Shown piece by piece: positions 5,999 through 14,980 of a stretch of DNA of 20,000 bases; the stretch's first letter is position 1; every line of letters starts with the position of its first letter. A program made the position numbers and the translations under genes. The notes under the pieces were generated by a model that did no database searches, had not been told where the DNA came from, and was given only the letters and a program-made list of their open reading frames with translations. Source of the stretch: an uncultured virus (IMG/VR IMGVR_UViG_3300027736_000024) (taxonomy: Duplodnaviria; Heunggongvirae; Uroviricota; Caudoviricetes); the IMG/VR virus record IMGVR_UViG_3300027736_000024, positions 116,127-136,126 of that record; one strand, given 5' to 3'.

Positions 5999-7471
5999 AT
6001 GGCAGAAAATTTTGATATTGCAAAATTCCTTAAAGAGAACGCTTTGGGTTCTTATGGAATCTTAGGTAATTATGTAGACCTTAAACCTCTTAAAGAAGAT
6101 GATGGATCAGGTTTTTCTGGAAAGATCAGTTTAGATTATTATGATCATCCAAGTATCACTAACTCATTTCAAAAAAGAGCAGTTAAAGCATTTCAGAAGT
6201 ACATAGCATCTGAATTTAATGGCACTGCTACTGTATTAAAAGATTCTTTTGATGAGATCATTTTCCAATTATCAGGTCTTCAAGGAGTTTCTTCTATCGA
6301 AGATGTTATAAGCGCATACAAAAAAATGAGAGCCGACGAAATGAATAAAGATTTTCTAGATTCAGGTGGTCCTTTTTCAATTCTAGCCTCTTGGATGGTA
6401 TCTAAACCAGAAAAATATGTTACTGATGATTCTGATGATGATAAAGGTTGGGGTAATGATGACGATTCTGAGAACAAGAGTTCTTATGTCACTGATTGGT
6501 CTGACGACGAAAAAGGTTGGGGCGATGATGAATTTATAGTAGAAAAAAAAAGTGAAAGCAAGGATAAAAAAGTAGATGTTTATAATGCTGATGAGATTAT
6601 TTACATGGGAGAAGAACCACTAATGGTGGATAAAAAAACTACTATCAAAAAAGGAGACGCCTTAGATTCAGATAAGTTAGTAGATGATGACACTAAATAT
6701 AGAAGAGCCATACTCAGTGTCGATGGTCCACAGTTTAAATACAAAAATCAAATGTATATTTTATATGATATAGATCCAGAAGATGATCGTTATGGTTTTG
6801 ATGACGATGATGATTATGAATCAGGAGGAAGAAGCATTCATTTGACTAAATCATTAGATGAAAAGAAAGAAGACCTTGGTGGTTGGGATGGTAATAAAAA
6901 GTATAATCAATATAATGGTCAATATGATGATGAATTTGGGCCTGCTATTGCCAACGAAAATGTAGAACAAGAAGGATTTGATCGTATGATGGGTCTTATA
7001 GATCAATCAGTTGTATCTAAACTTCCACTTCTAAAAAAGGCTGTAGATAAAGCTAGATCTAAAGGACTAAGTGATGATGCTATATTCAATATGCTATCTA
7101 GTAATTCTTTAGTTAGTAAATCAATCGGTGATTTAATTGATGATGGATTTGATTCTCAAGATATTGTAGATTTTTTCGCTACTGATTTTAATATGATGGA
7201 AGAAGGCGAAGGTGAATATATAAGTGCAAAAAACTTTGATTATATGTCGGATGATCAATTAGATGCCGCCGAAGCATCAGGAGATCTTAAACCAAGTACA
7301 GATTCGATTGGTCCAAATGAAGATGTGGATACAGATGTTGATAAAATGAAAGTGTGGGGAGTATATCATAGCATACTAGAATTTTTGAGAGATAAAATAA
7401 GTACTGATAAATTAAATCAGAGTGAGGTTGATCAATTAAGAACAAAGTTAGAAGACTTCTTTAAACGATAA
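5999..7471 (+). CDS. large acidic protein, possible internal head protein
   Basis: 490 aa and D/E-rich. N-terminus ENFDIAKFLKEN, several hydrophobic-x-E sites between segments, and an internal 23-aa-period duplication. Confidence 0.8.
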   Translation: MAENFDIAKFLKENALGSYGILGNYVDLKPLKEDDGSGFSGKISLDYYDHPSITNSFQKRAVKAFQKYIASEFNGTATVLKDSFDEIIFQLSGLQGVSSIEDVISAYKKMRADEMNKDFLDSGGPFSILASWMVSKPEKYVTDDSDDDKGWGNDDDSENKSSYVTDWSDDEKGWGDDEFIVEKKSESKDKKVDVYNADEIIYMGEEPLMVDKKTTIKKGDALDSDKLVDDDTKYRRAILSVDGPQFKYKNQMYILYDIDPEDDRYGFDDDDDYESGGRSIHLTKSLDEKKEDLGGWDGNKKYNQYNGQYDDEFGPAIANENVEQEGFDRMMGLIDQSVVSKLPLLKKAVDKARSKGLSDDAIFNMLSSNSLVSKSIGDLIDDGFDSQDIVDFFATDFNMMEEGEGEYISAKNFDYMSDDQLDAAEASGDLKPSTDSIGPNEDVDTDVDKMKVWGVYHSILEFLRDKISTDKLNQSEVDQLRTKLEDFFKR

Positions 7472-7511
7472 GATATTTAAAAATACTAAAAACCCTTGCA
7501 ACCCATATATT

Positions 7512-7537
7512 AAGGCCCTACTAGTTAGGGCTTTTTT
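7512..7537 (+). terminator. intrinsic terminator, + strand
   Basis: AAGGCCCTA-ctagt-TAGGGCTTTTTT. Confidence 0.85.
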
Positions 7538-7550
7538 ATTATATGAGCAC

Positions 7551-7572
7551 AAAAAAGCCAGCAAAAGCTGGC
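7551..7572 (-). terminator. intrinsic terminator, - strand
   Basis: A6 followed by GCCAGC-aaaa-GCTGGC on the + strand, which is a hairpin plus U6 on the - strand. It lies at the point where the two transcription units converge. Confidence 0.85.
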
Positions 7573-7606
7573 CTCTTATTAATATAAAATTAATAAAGAA
7601 TTAAAA

Positions 7607-7774
7607 CTAAGCGGCTTTCTTTTTAGACGCTACTGACCATGCAGCTCCTGCAAGAGTCATTATGCCTCCTAGGATTTCTTGAAATAACGCATCGTCAACT
7701 AGGCCTTTTGCAACGATAATACCGCCAACAAAAGTTAATGCATGTCTAATTAGACCTAAAGTTTGATCTTTCAT
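7607..7774 (-). CDS. putative two-TM phage holin (Pam3-gp28-like; not in ORF track)
   Basis: MKDQTLGLIRHALTFVGGIIVAKGLVDDALFQEILGGIMTLAGAAWSVASKKKAA (55 aa), with RH.LT..GG..V.KG and WS...K motifs and a basic tail. Confidence 0.75.
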   Translation of the reverse strand: MKDQTLGLIRHALTFVGGIIVAKGLVDDALFQEILGGIMTLAGAAWSVASKKKAA

Positions 7775-7831
7775 ATTATTTTTTTTAGTTAAAAATATGT
7801 ACCCTTGGTACTATAATAAATATCTTGATTT

Positions 7832-8284
7832 CTATTCTAAGTCTTTTCTATAGAATCTTCCTTGTATATTATCATTATATGAATCTATACGAAGCACATC
7901 TAATTTCATTTGCCAGTAAACTTCCCAATAAGTAAGTTGTTTTTTAGAAAAACAGAGTTGTAAGATCTCTCTAGTAAATATTTCATTACCTAATTCTTTT
8001 CTTTCTAAATTTAGAGTCTTATTACTTCCATAATAACTTAGCCAATCGCTTTCTTTTACCACTTTCTTTTTACGTGGGACGCGCCCAGGTTTGATCCAGG
8101 CCTCGATTTCCTTTTTGGTTAGTATTTTATTATTATTGTTATATAAGACCTTTCTACCTATGTAGAATCGATTTGTAATAATGTTTGTGACCTTATATAT
8201 AAAACCGACTGTATTCTCTGGAAAGTCTTCTACTTTGGTAAACTCTCTGTAGCTTCCTAAATTATCATGATGTAACCACTTCAT
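7832..8284 (-). CDS. GIY-YIG-like (Seg-like) endonuclease-domain protein
   Basis: GFIY-x10-YIG, ESDW..YYGS, F.REIL, a conserved E (YWE) and YN.NI.G. This is a compact type common in large phages. Confidence 0.8.
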   Translation of the reverse strand: MKWLHHDNLGSYREFTKVEDFPENTVGFIYKVTNIITNRFYIGRKVLYNNNNKILTKKEIEAWIKPGRVPRKKKVVKESDWLSYYGSNKTLNLERKELGNEIFTREILQLCFSKKQLTYWEVYWQMKLDVLRIDSYNDNIQGRFYRKDLE

Positions 8285-8293
8285 AAATCTTTA

Positions 8294-8596
8294 TTAACTA
8301 TCCCATCTGATAACAAAAGTCATATCTGTATTTTGTGGGATAGGATATGGCCTAGATAATTTTCCTACTATTAATAATTCATCTTGTGCATTATATAAGC
8401 CAACAGTAGTTGTATAAGGATGAAAATCAGATCCTGTTACTGCGTCTATATAAGATCCTGAGCTGCCTGCTTTATTTGCACTAGGATTTAAAGTATAGTT
8501 AAAATCATTTTCATTTATTTGGCATCTTACTTCATTTTGATAAATGGTAGATTCAGCTACAAAAGATAGTGTATATGGTACTGGTGGGAATGGCAT
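8294..8596 (-). CDS. probable virion structural protein (tail-collar/baseplate-like C-terminal motif)
   Basis: PY.TTVGLYN...ELL.VGKL.RP........F.IRWD resembles the T.VGL......L.A..K...P motif of tail-collar/baseplate proteins. Confidence 0.6.
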   Translation of the reverse strand: MPFPPVPYTLSFVAESTIYQNEVRCQINENDFNYTLNPSANKAGSSGSYIDAVTGSDFHPYTTTVGLYNAQDELLIVGKLSRPYPIPQNTDMTFVIRWDS

Positions 8597-8610
8597 ACTG
8601 TATATAAATA

Positions 8611-11091
8611 TTAGTTTTCCCTTCTTTCTTCAGGAGTATAGTGGGCTATTCTATTATGATTTACAGGACTAGCTAATAAAACAGCAGGTTTTAAATTTTC
8701 TTTTTTAGTTTCTTGAAACATATAACTCATCCAAGTCTGTTCATAAGGACGAGCCCATGTAGTATCTAAAAACATTTTTTGGTTTCCTTTCTTTCCTGCA
8801 ATAGTTGGCCAGTTGCAATAGTAAATATCCCCTGTAATATAACTAAGACCATCTACAACTTCTATTTTATCAAATTTAGTTTTAGGAGAATTTGGATCAA
8901 GACCTGTTGTTGGTAGTTCATTATATTCAGGCCAAAATTCATTTCTTATTTGTTGTGGAACATTATACCAAGATACTTGAATATTATTATCCATATAAAC
9001 TTCTGTATACGATAATTTTAAAAAATCAATATCAGAAGAATCTATAATTTTTAATACTTTATCATATAGATCTGAAATATATGTTCTGAAACCGTTTCTA
9101 CAAATTCCATTAACAGGTTCGTGTATTCCCATATCGTCTTCTAAAAAGATATAATAATCACTATCTGATTCTTGAAAGTGTTGTGCGGCTCTAAATCTAC
9201 CTCCATTAATACCAGTATTTTCATTTGTTATGATGTGTTCAAAATTATACTTTTTACAAATTTCTGCATTAGCTAATCTAGCTTCATCATTAGTAGAATT
9301 ATCTATTAAAATATTTCTAGTATTTGTTATCCATTTAGGATGTTTAAGCCAGGTATTTATTGTATGTTCTACTTGATGAGGAAAATTAAATGTCAACATG
9401 TAAAGCGACATTTTTAATTTAGAAGGATCAGTATTTTTTTTAATAAACCGAATTTTTTCCTCTGGTACGGGTTCTAACTCTACAGTATCATTTAATAGAG
9501 CTTGTATAAATTTAACTATTAATCCATTATCATCTAATGCATATCTTCTATATGTTTGAGGTTCTAAGTAAGACATTACGGTAAACAGACTTTCTTCTGT
9601 ACCCATATAGCCTTCACTAATAGATCTATCTAATAAAGAATAGTACATCGCATTAGCCTCATTTATAACTTCTTTTCTACCTCCAAATAATCCGCCTCTA
9701 CAGACATATTCTACTTTTTTAGCAGCATAACGATTAATTGCTTGAAAATCAAATCCATGAATTTCATCAGCAGCCTGATAAGGATAAGTTAAAAATAAAA
9801 ATGAATCTAAATGTGGAATTATTTTATCTAATGCTCTATTATCTGAAAAAAACTTTTCATATACTGTATTAGTAATTCCTGCATCTAACCAAATAAAATA
9901 TTTAGTATCAAATGGATTCCATATAGTAACATCATTTAATAAAAACATTTTTGATTGTACTATAGGATTATACCATTCTAAAACAGCTTGAGGACTTTGC
10001 TTAAGCCAACCGCCTTCCCCGGTTTTATTATACCAATCTGGATTAGTTCTTATTGATTGGGTTTTATCCCAAAAAGGTGCATATATATTTTTTACATCTT
10101 CTAATTCATATATTTTTACAGTAGTATTTTTTTTGTCTCTAATTTCCCAAATTAAATGTTCATATTTACTTTCTATGTAAATAAACATATTAACAGGAAT
10201 TTCTAAAAATTTTTTAAAATGCTCTATGTAATGATCAAAATCCCTAACAGGTCTTCCTATATTCCACAAACCCGTAACTACAGTTAAGTCTTTATTATTT
10301 ACCTCTATTTTAGAACGATTTTCTGTTAAATATTTTAATAACTGCTGAGATTCTTCTGTAGATAGTGTTTTTGTTTTTTCTATAATATCTGATAATTTTG
10401 ATTCTTTATTTTTATCGCTACCTTTAATTTCATCCCAAATATTTTTATCTACAGCATCAATATCTTGCCCAATTTCAATTACATAGCCATTATCAATTAA
10501 TTTTTGTTTAGTTAATTCTTTTTCTTCATCTGTTAAATTTATATATTCTAAACGAATAAACTTAGGTTTATATTTATTAAAATCTAATTGTTTTAAAATA
10601 TTCCAATCATATCCTTCAACATCACATATTAAAATATCAAATTTTTCAATATTATGTTTATTCATTAAAGAGTTTAAAGTTAATGTAGGAACTTTTATAT
10701 CTATTCCAAAATTCTTTTTTACATCTATATCTCTTTGATAATCTGTTCCAAAACCGTTTTTTAGTGGATATAAAGCACTCATACCTTTATAACCCGGATG
10801 TAGATTTTCTTTTTCTATTGCTATTTTTGGAATAGTTAACATTTCTACTTCGCCATCTATTTCTGTAATAGCACATTGTTCAAATGCATAATTTTCCCTA
10901 TCTCTAAAGTTATATTTTAATTCAGTAAATATTTCTGGAATTGGTTCTACTAATAACGCAGGCCATCTATACATGTCTAGAAAACCTCTTGTATCATCAA
11001 AATTTATTCCATCCATGGCTCCTATTTGAACTACAAATGTATCTTTATGATTTTTACCTATATGATGTAAAGTTTTTGATATTATATCCAT
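8611..11091 (-). CDS. triple fusion: FkbM-type methyltransferase + HtrL/YibB-like domain + GT-A-like glycosyltransferase
   Basis: N-terminal QIGAMDG, VEP and DVEGYD (FkbM/Methyltransf_21). Middle TVVTGLWNIGR, WLDAG, GGLFGG and GTEES (HtrL). C-terminal LIDNS, NTGINGGR and FLEDD (GT-A). Confidence 0.8.
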   Translation of the reverse strand: MDIISKTLHHIGKNHKDTFVVQIGAMDGINFDDTRGFLDMYRWPALLVEPIPEIFTELKYNFRDRENYAFEQCAITEIDGEVEMLTIPKIAIEKENLHPGYKGMSALYPLKNGFGTDYQRDIDVKKNFGIDIKVPTLTLNSLMNKHNIEKFDILICDVEGYDWNILKQLDFNKYKPKFIRLEYINLTDEEKELTKQKLIDNGYVIEIGQDIDAVDKNIWDEIKGSDKNKESKLSDIIEKTKTLSTEESQQLLKYLTENRSKIEVNNKDLTVVTGLWNIGRPVRDFDHYIEHFKKFLEIPVNMFIYIESKYEHLIWEIRDKKNTTVKIYELEDVKNIYAPFWDKTQSIRTNPDWYNKTGEGGWLKQSPQAVLEWYNPIVQSKMFLLNDVTIWNPFDTKYFIWLDAGITNTVYEKFFSDNRALDKIIPHLDSFLFLTYPYQAADEIHGFDFQAINRYAAKKVEYVCRGGLFGGRKEVINEANAMYYSLLDRSISEGYMGTEESLFTVMSYLEPQTYRRYALDDNGLIVKFIQALLNDTVELEPVPEEKIRFIKKNTDPSKLKMSLYMLTFNFPHQVEHTINTWLKHPKWITNTRNILIDNSTNDEARLANAEICKKYNFEHIITNENTGINGGRFRAAQHFQESDSDYYIFLEDDMGIHEPVNGICRNGFRTYISDLYDKVLKIIDSSDIDFLKLSYTEVYMDNNIQVSWYNVPQQIRNEFWPEYNELPTTGLDPNSPKTKFDKIEVVDGLSYITGDIYYCNWPTIAGKKGNQKMFLDTTWARPYEQTWMSYMFQETKKENLKPAVLLASPVNHNRIAHYTPEERREN

Positions 11092-11092
11092 A

Positions 11093-12706
11093 TTATTTTG
11101 TTATGTAATAATTTTCTATTACTAGTCCGTCTAATTGTGTATTATTTAATATTTCAAATGCGTCTTTTATTGAAGAAAGTATAGGTTTACCATCTACATT
11201 AAATGATGTATTTAGTAGTACGCCTATACCGGTTTCTTCTTCAAATTTTGTTATTAAATTATATAACCATTCATTTTGTTCTTTTGTTACTGTTTGTACT
11301 CTAGCAGTACCATCAACATGTGTTATTGATGGTAATTTATCTTTCCATTCCTCTTTTACTTTTGGACAAAAACTCATCCATCTAGATTCTTTATTCCATT
11401 CAAAATATTTATTTACATCTTCTAATCTAACTACAGGAGCAAATGGTCTATACCACTCTCTATGTTTTACTTTTTCATTTAATATAGATTTCATTTCAGG
11501 AATAGTCGGATTACAAATAATACTTCTATTTCCTAAAGCTCTCGGTCCATGTTCTGATCTTCCTCTTGCAACACCGATTATTTTTCCATTAATAAGATCT
11601 TTAACTAAATCCTCTTCTTTTAGATTATGAGAAGTAAAAAATATCTTATTATTTTGAATATAATCAGGTAATAAATCTAAGTCAAGTAAATTTGTACCAG
11701 AATAAGTACTATCAAAAGGTTTTTCAGGTTTTAAATTATCTAATATCATACCTAAACCTATTCCACAATCATTAGGATCAGGTCCAACAAATACTTCTTT
11801 ATTAAATTCATTAACTAATCTGGTATTTAATAAAATATTTAATCCACAACCTCCTGCTAAACATATTGGATATTCTTTATATTTTTCCATTTGAGGAATA
11901 GCAACTTCTAAAAAACAATCTTCAAAAGCTTTTTGAGATGTTGCAGCAATATCGTATGCTAATTGTCCTGTTAATCTATCAGTTATAGAAAATTCTACTC
12001 CTATAATATCACCTAAAACTTTTATTTTATCAAAATAATTTCCTCCATTAGGATCACTCTTATAAAAATTTATAAAGTGTGGAAGCCACTCTTCATTTAT
12101 TTTTCCATAAGATGATAGTCCCATTATTTTTCCTGAATAAACTAAATTACCCATTCCTAAATCTTCAAATCTAATATCATTTAAGTAATGAGCAAATATC
12201 ATATAAGGAAATCCTAAATCATATCCGATATAATGAAGATTTAAAATTGGATTAATTACGCTTTGAATTTGCTCAGGAGATTTTCCTCTTTCACAAGTAT
12301 AAACATTAAATTTTCCATCGTTTCCTCCACCATCAAAAGAAAATATTAGTGCTTTTTCAAAAGGAGATTGATAAAAAGATCCTGCGGCATGAGATAAATG
12401 ATGTTTACATTCTATATAATTTTTTGCGGGTATAAATTTATGTAAATAATAAAGTTCATGTATAACTATATCAGTGTTTATATAATAGCAATTATCAAAT
12501 TCTTCAATATTATATTTATTCATTATCCATTTAGGAATATATTCGGCTAAAAATACTATGTCTAAAACTTTTGGACAATAATATTGAGCTAATCCAGAAT
12601 TTTTATAATTTAAAAATCTTTCAACTTCTAAAACTAATTCTATTTTGCCGTCTATTTCTAAAACATACGACGCATTATGAGAACCATAAAAAGATATATT
12701 TACCAT
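11093..12706 (-). CDS. O-carbamoyltransferase, NodU/CmcH family
   Basis: HHLSHA, DGGG, GKIMGLSSYG, AGGCGLN, PND.G, EHGPRALGNRS, KHREWYRPFAP, HVDGTARVQTV and LLNTSFN. Confidence 0.95.
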   Translation of the reverse strand: MVNISFYGSHNASYVLEIDGKIELVLEVERFLNYKNSGLAQYYCPKVLDIVFLAEYIPKWIMNKYNIEEFDNCYYINTDIVIHELYYLHKFIPAKNYIECKHHLSHAAGSFYQSPFEKALIFSFDGGGNDGKFNVYTCERGKSPEQIQSVINPILNLHYIGYDLGFPYMIFAHYLNDIRFEDLGMGNLVYSGKIMGLSSYGKINEEWLPHFINFYKSDPNGGNYFDKIKVLGDIIGVEFSITDRLTGQLAYDIAATSQKAFEDCFLEVAIPQMEKYKEYPICLAGGCGLNILLNTRLVNEFNKEVFVGPDPNDCGIGLGMILDNLKPEKPFDSTYSGTNLLDLDLLPDYIQNNKIFFTSHNLKEEDLVKDLINGKIIGVARGRSEHGPRALGNRSIICNPTIPEMKSILNEKVKHREWYRPFAPVVRLEDVNKYFEWNKESRWMSFCPKVKEEWKDKLPSITHVDGTARVQTVTKEQNEWLYNLITKFEEETGIGVLLNTSFNVDGKPILSSIKDAFEILNNTQLDGLVIENYYITK

Positions 12707-13695
12707 TATTTTATGTGTAATAATTTTAAACCGTGTGATAACCTATTTTCAGGACTACAATAATCTAAATAATATTGTCTTGCATTTTTAGCTATATAAT
12801 TTAAAAACTCTGCGTCTTCTTTAACTTCTAAAAATCTATCTATATAAGCTTTTATATAATTTTCTCCACCTAATCTATCTAAGCCATTATTATAAGGTAA
12901 ATTATATTTAGCTCTATCTATTGCAATATAATGATAATTTGGTATTAATGGAGGATTTAATTGAGTCATATATTCAACTCTTAAAAATGGAACACCTATT
13001 GCCATATATTCCATTTCTCTATATGAGTATTCCGCAGTAGTTCCAATTGCTAATCCTATTTTATGTTTTATTAATTCCTCAAAGTATGTTCCCATTCTTT
13101 TTGGCGTTAAGTCTTTATTCAAATATCCTAATTCTGATAATTTAACAGGATCAAATCTTTGAGTAGTATATAGCATGAATAGCTTATCTTCTAAATCAGA
13201 ACTTGGAATATTTTTTCTTTTGGTATATATATCCTCTAAATTAATTCTATCTGGATTTATTATATCATTTGTAGAATTATCTTGGACAGGATAAAAAACT
13301 GTTTGAGAAACTGTAAAATTATAATCGGATAGATTCATATTGTCTTTACCTGTTTCTATAACTTTATTAAACCAATTATAAAATTGAGTTATTAATAATA
13401 AATCATTTTTATTATTTCTTTTAACAAATACATCTTCCCAAATTTTAGTATAATGTTCACTATAACTTATTCCTTTTAATATATCATTTTCTTTATCATA
13501 TATTAATAATTCACAGTCTGCCATTTCATAATCAAATTCTTCAATATACATTGTAATACCTCCTGGACCTGGATAATTAGTTTTTCTTATGACTTCTGCA
13601 CCATATTCTTTTTTGTAATATTCTACAATTTCTTTAAATAATCCTTGCCAACTACTATATGCATAGCTAACATTTTCAAAATAATAAATTACCAT
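12706..13695 (-). CDS. putative glycosyltransferase-like protein (GT-B C-terminal-like)
   Basis: C-terminal SYREMEYMAIGVP, LIPNYHYI and IAKNARQYY resemble CgeB/Glyco_trans_1_2/GT90-type nucleotide-sugar-binding halves. TAATG coupling to the carbamoyltransferase. Confidence 0.6.
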   Translation of the reverse strand: MVIYYFENVSYAYSSWQGLFKEIVEYYKKEYGAEVIRKTNYPGPGGITMYIEEFDYEMADCELLIYDKENDILKGISYSEHYTKIWEDVFVKRNNKNDLLLITQFYNWFNKVIETGKDNMNLSDYNFTVSQTVFYPVQDNSTNDIINPDRINLEDIYTKRKNIPSSDLEDKLFMLYTTQRFDPVKLSELGYLNKDLTPKRMGTYFEELIKHKIGLAIGTTAEYSYREMEYMAIGVPFLRVEYMTQLNPPLIPNYHYIAIDRAKYNLPYNNGLDRLGGENYIKAYIDRFLEVKEDAEFLNYIAKNARQYYLDYCSPENRLSHGLKLLHIK

Positions 13696-13711
13696 AAATT
13701 ATATATTAAAT

Positions 13712-14980
13712 TTAAATTGTGTGTTCTACTCTTTCTGCCCAACCAATTTCTTTACTATAACCCCAATAAACTACTCTAGTTGGTGTTTTATCAGTTAAAA
13801 AATACTCTTCATAGTGAATATTTTTTCCTTCCTCAATAAACTGCCTCAATTCTTCCCCGGTTATAAATTTATTATTTATTGAATTACCATTTGTATCATC
13901 AAATGCTACTAGTATATATTCATAATCATTTCTTAAAAAATCTTTACGTTCTACTGTAACTAAGTAATAAAATGACTTATTAAAACTATATTCCCATAAA
14001 TCATTATCATTAATAAGAGGATTAGGTGGATAATGATTATCTAAAGAGTATTGCTGAACAGACATTTTTTTAAAATTAAATCCAGCATATTTTTCATAAT
14101 CTCTTAAAGATCTAACTGTTCCTAAATCATAGCCTGTTAAATCTATATTAGGATCTTCTTCTGTTCCTAATAAAACCCGTATTTTTTTTCTAGCTAATTC
14201 TTGTTTATTCCACCAATCTACTCCTAATTTTGCATCGTCATCCCACTTTAACATTCCTGATCTCTCTTCACGCATAGTTGAATGCCAAACAACTAATCTA
14301 TGTGGATGAAATAAATCATATCCGTGAGTATATGATCTTACTGTTAAGTTTAATTCTTCACCTGAAAAATATATATCTGGATCGTGTCTTATTTCTTTTG
14401 CCCACTCTGATCTTGCAAAACAAAAGTGTCCTGATAAAAATCTACTCATCGGAGGTTCTGTCATATCTTGCCAGCCAGTAAGTAATCCAGGTCTTATGAA
14501 TATTGTTCCATGTGGATAGAAACATACAAATTGTTGTTGCCAGGGCTCCATTGTGCGGCCACCAGGATCATTAAAAGGTGTATACAATGGTAGATAGGCA
14601 GCTAATATAGGTTTATAACCACGAGCCTCTAAACCACTATGCATATCTATTAGAGTTTCATCCCAATCTTTAGCAAATCTATGATGTGAATCTAATTGAC
14701 AAACATAGTCTTCATCTGTTAATAATTTCTCATTTATAATAGATCTAGCCCAAGGAAGTCCTTGAGCCTCATTATATAAACATTCATAGATTTTAAAACG
14801 TTTATCATTTTTAAATTCTGATAAATCGTCGAATCCATCTTCTGGATGATATTGTCTGCAGATACCAAAGTGTATTCTTTTTGGGTGTTTTGCATTTAAT
14901 AAAGCATCTTTAATAGTAGGAATTAATTCAGGATCTCTGTAAGCTGGTAAATGTACCAGTATTGTTTTTTTATTATTCAT
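13712..14980 (-). CDS. GT60-like polypeptide GlcNAc-transferase, paralog 2
   Basis: AYRDPEL..T, G..WAR, QLDSHHRF, SGHF.F, DP.IYFSGEE and R.YTHGYDLF.P, typical of the Skp1-GlcNAcT ('GlcNAc') family. Confidence 0.88.
   Translation of the reverse strand: MNNKKTILVHLPAYRDPELIPTIKDALLNAKHPKRIHFGICRQYHPEDGFDDLSEFKNDKRFKIYECLYNEAQGLPWARSIINEKLLTDEDYVCQLDSHHRFAKDWDETLIDMHSGLEARGYKPILAAYLPLYTPFNDPGGRTMEPWQQQFVCFYPHGTIFIRPGLLTGWQDMTEPPMSRFLSGHFCFARSEWAKEIRHDPDIYFSGEELNLTVRSYTHGYDLFHPHRLVVWHSTMREERSGMLKWDDDAKLGVDWWNKQELARKKIRVLLGTEEDPNIDLTGYDLGTVRSLRDYEKYAGFNFKKMSVQQYSLDNHYPPNPLINDNDLWEYSFNKSFYYLVTVERKDFLRNDYEYILVAFDDTNGNSINNKFITGEELRQFIEEGKNIHYEEYFLTDKTPTRVVYWGYSKEIGWAERVEHTI

Noticed and set aside
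6280..6477. Minus-strand 65-aa ORF
   Set aside because: Ser-rich antisense reading of Asp codons in the 490-aa gene.
7832..8284. Intron-encoded or mobile homing endonuclease
   Set aside because: Free-standing between intact genes, with no split host gene and no recognisable C-terminal DNA-binding repeats. Mobility cannot be supported.
14278..14481. Plus-strand 67-aa ORF
   Set aside because: Lies antisense inside a well-supported GT60 gene.
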